A DNA stretch of 64,000 bases from Bacteroidales bacterium (GTDB lineage Bacteria; Bacteroidota; Bacteroidia; Bacteroidales; UBA12077). The stretch is taken from assembly GCA_003446015.1 (NCBI GenBank), contig DMBU01000091.1:9380-73379 (forward strand). Direction: 5' to 3'. Shown here piece by piece: positions 62,933 through 64,000 of this stretch. The translations under genes were made by a program, and so were the position numbers. Every line of letters starts with the position of its first letter. The first letter of the stretch is position 1. The notes beneath the pieces are model-generated. The model ran no database searches, had not been told where the DNA came from, and was given only the letters and a program-made list of their open reading frames with translations.

Positions 62933-63736
62933 ATGAAACGAAAAGGCATAACCCTTGTTCTACTTTTAATTATTAATTCATTAACAGCATTATCACAAGA
63001 CACTAAAGCTATTAATCAAACAGATGATAAAGGGTACAAGCAAGGCTATTGGGAAAAAAAATATCAGAATGGAAACATACAATACTCTGGAAATTTTATT
63101 GACAATAAGCCTGTTGGAATTTTTAAGAGATTCGACCAAAATGGAGTTCTTAAAGTAGAAATGCTTTATAAGGAAAGCTCAAATAAGATTTATTCAAAAT
63201 TTTATTATCCCGGAGGAGCTCTGCAGGCCGAAGGCATTTATATTGGAAAATTAAAGGATAGTATCTGGAATTATTATGCCGAAGATGGTTATAAAATAAA
63301 CGAAGTAATTTATAAAGATGACCAAAAAAATGGTACGGAGAAAAAATATTATCAAAGCGGGAATTTATCTGAGAAATCTGAATGGGAATATGGCATAAAT
63401 GAAGGTCTCACTATTCGATACTATGATTCGGGAAATGTTATGATGAGAATTTTTTATATGAACGGTCAGCTAAATGGTGAATATAATGTTTATGGACCTG
63501 AAGGGAATATTCTGATTCAAGGTCAGTACGATAATAACAAACGAGAAGGAAAATGGATATACTATAAAGAAAATGGGCACATAGAAAATGAATTAAACTA
63601 TATTAATGGTGTTGCAGAAAATCAGGAAGAACTCGAACGATTAGAAAACGAACAAATAGAGATGTTGGAAAAGAATAAAGGGAAATTCCAGGAGCCAACC
63701 GAAAATATGTACAATACTTTACCACCAGAAAATTAG
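62933..63736 (+). CDS. MORN-repeat-variant / YwqK-like secreted protein
   Basis: A signal peptide MKRKGITLVLLLIINSLTALS is followed by repeated G.W..YY..G motifs. Confidence 0.65.
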   Translation: MKRKGITLVLLLIINSLTALSQDTKAINQTDDKGYKQGYWEKKYQNGNIQYSGNFIDNKPVGIFKRFDQNGVLKVEMLYKESSNKIYSKFYYPGGALQAEGIYIGKLKDSIWNYYAEDGYKINEVIYKDDQKNGTEKKYYQSGNLSEKSEWEYGINEGLTIRYYDSGNVMMRIFYMNGQLNGEYNVYGPEGNILIQGQYDNNKREGKWIYYKENGHIENELNYINGVAENQEELERLENEQIEMLEKNKGKFQEPTENMYNTLPPEN

Positions 63737-63795
63737 CTTATTTAAATAATATTAATTTGTGCTAACAATTGTACAAGATATTTGTATATAACTTT

Positions 63796-64000
63796 ATGAA
63801 AAGACTACTGTTTTTTATCACTCTTATAGTAGGATTTTATAATTCAAATGCTCAAGTAGCAGAAGATACTTATCGCCTATACTTAACTGATAAAGACTTT
63901 AACCAATTCACAATTGATAAACCCGAAGAATTTCTTTCGCAAAAAGCATTAATTAGAAGAACAAATCAAAATATTGAGATAAATCAAAAAGACTTACCTG
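63796..64000 (+). CDS. N-terminal fragment, probably of a secreted S8-family peptidase (3' end outside the window)
   Basis: Open frame to the window edge, starting MKRLLFFITLIVGFYNSNAQ (signal peptide). The following YRLYLTDKD...I.KPEEFLSQKALIRR..Q.I.I...DLP resembles the propeptide start of Bacteroidota S8 peptidases. Confidence 0.45.
   Translation, partial: MKRLLFFITLIVGFYNSNAQVAEDTYRLYLTDKDFNQFTIDKPEEFLSQKALIRRTNQNIEINQKDLP

Noticed and set aside
1-64000. CRISPR arrays, rRNA genes, transposases, integrases, prophage or known defence-system genes
   Set aside because: Reading the ORF translations and intergenic regions turned up no regularly spaced direct repeats and no hallmark motifs for these. 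This was a manual scan, so short or degenerate instances could have been missed.

Overview
This is an AT-rich (roughly one-third GC by eye) chromosomal segment with the hallmarks of Bacteroidota. These include a SusC/SusD pair, a T9SS C-terminal sorting domain, TAnnTTTG-type -7 promoter boxes, A-rich leaders without Shine-Dalgarno sequences, and many lipoprotein signal peptides. About 50 protein genes are well supported.

Gene content:
- **Starch and maltose utilisation.** A minus-strand starch locus (susC, susD, susE-like, susF-like and two GH13 enzymes, one exported by the T9SS) lies next to a divergent LacI-family regulator. A separate operon encodes an MFS transporter, beta-phosphoglucomutase and GH65 maltose phosphorylase. 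A further GH13 lipoprotein and a phosphofructokinase lie between the two loci. A near-identical 17-18 bp PurR/LacI-type operator sits in front of both the PUL and the maltose operon.
- **Housekeeping genes.** pepD, nnr, ribBA, fmt, cdd, ilvE, dcp, csp, panB, dnaK and an rluA-family gene.
- **Envelope genes.** An LptF/G-family permease, GT4 and GT2 glycosyltransferases, and a GH73-LysM protein.

Most interesting parts:
1. A Sia-like partner-switch cluster at 45.9-51.7 kb. It has two SpoIIE/PP2C phosphatases with different sensory domains, a SiaB-like GHKL kinase and a DUF1987/SiaC-like protein. No GGDEF gene is present; a PAS/class III adenylate cyclase with a degenerate receiver is transcribed divergently next to it.
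2. A scrambled tRNA/GIY-YIG array at 34.1-34.8 kb, with tRNA remnants carrying GC-rich hairpin insertions. It lies next to a DUF3494 ice-binding-like lipoprotein gene.
3. A pair of about 220 bp inverted repeats, rich in GCAAAG hexamers, bracketing a 3 kb fmt-containing segment.
4. A degenerate (SGDEF) GGDEF gene attached to the 3' end of the starch locus.
5. A 150 bp nested palindrome with pseudoknot potential at 3.6-3.76 kb.

No CRISPR array, rRNA gene, transposase or integrase was seen. All family assignments rest on motifs read by eye from the translations. Motif coordinates were counted by hand and may be off by 1-2 nt.
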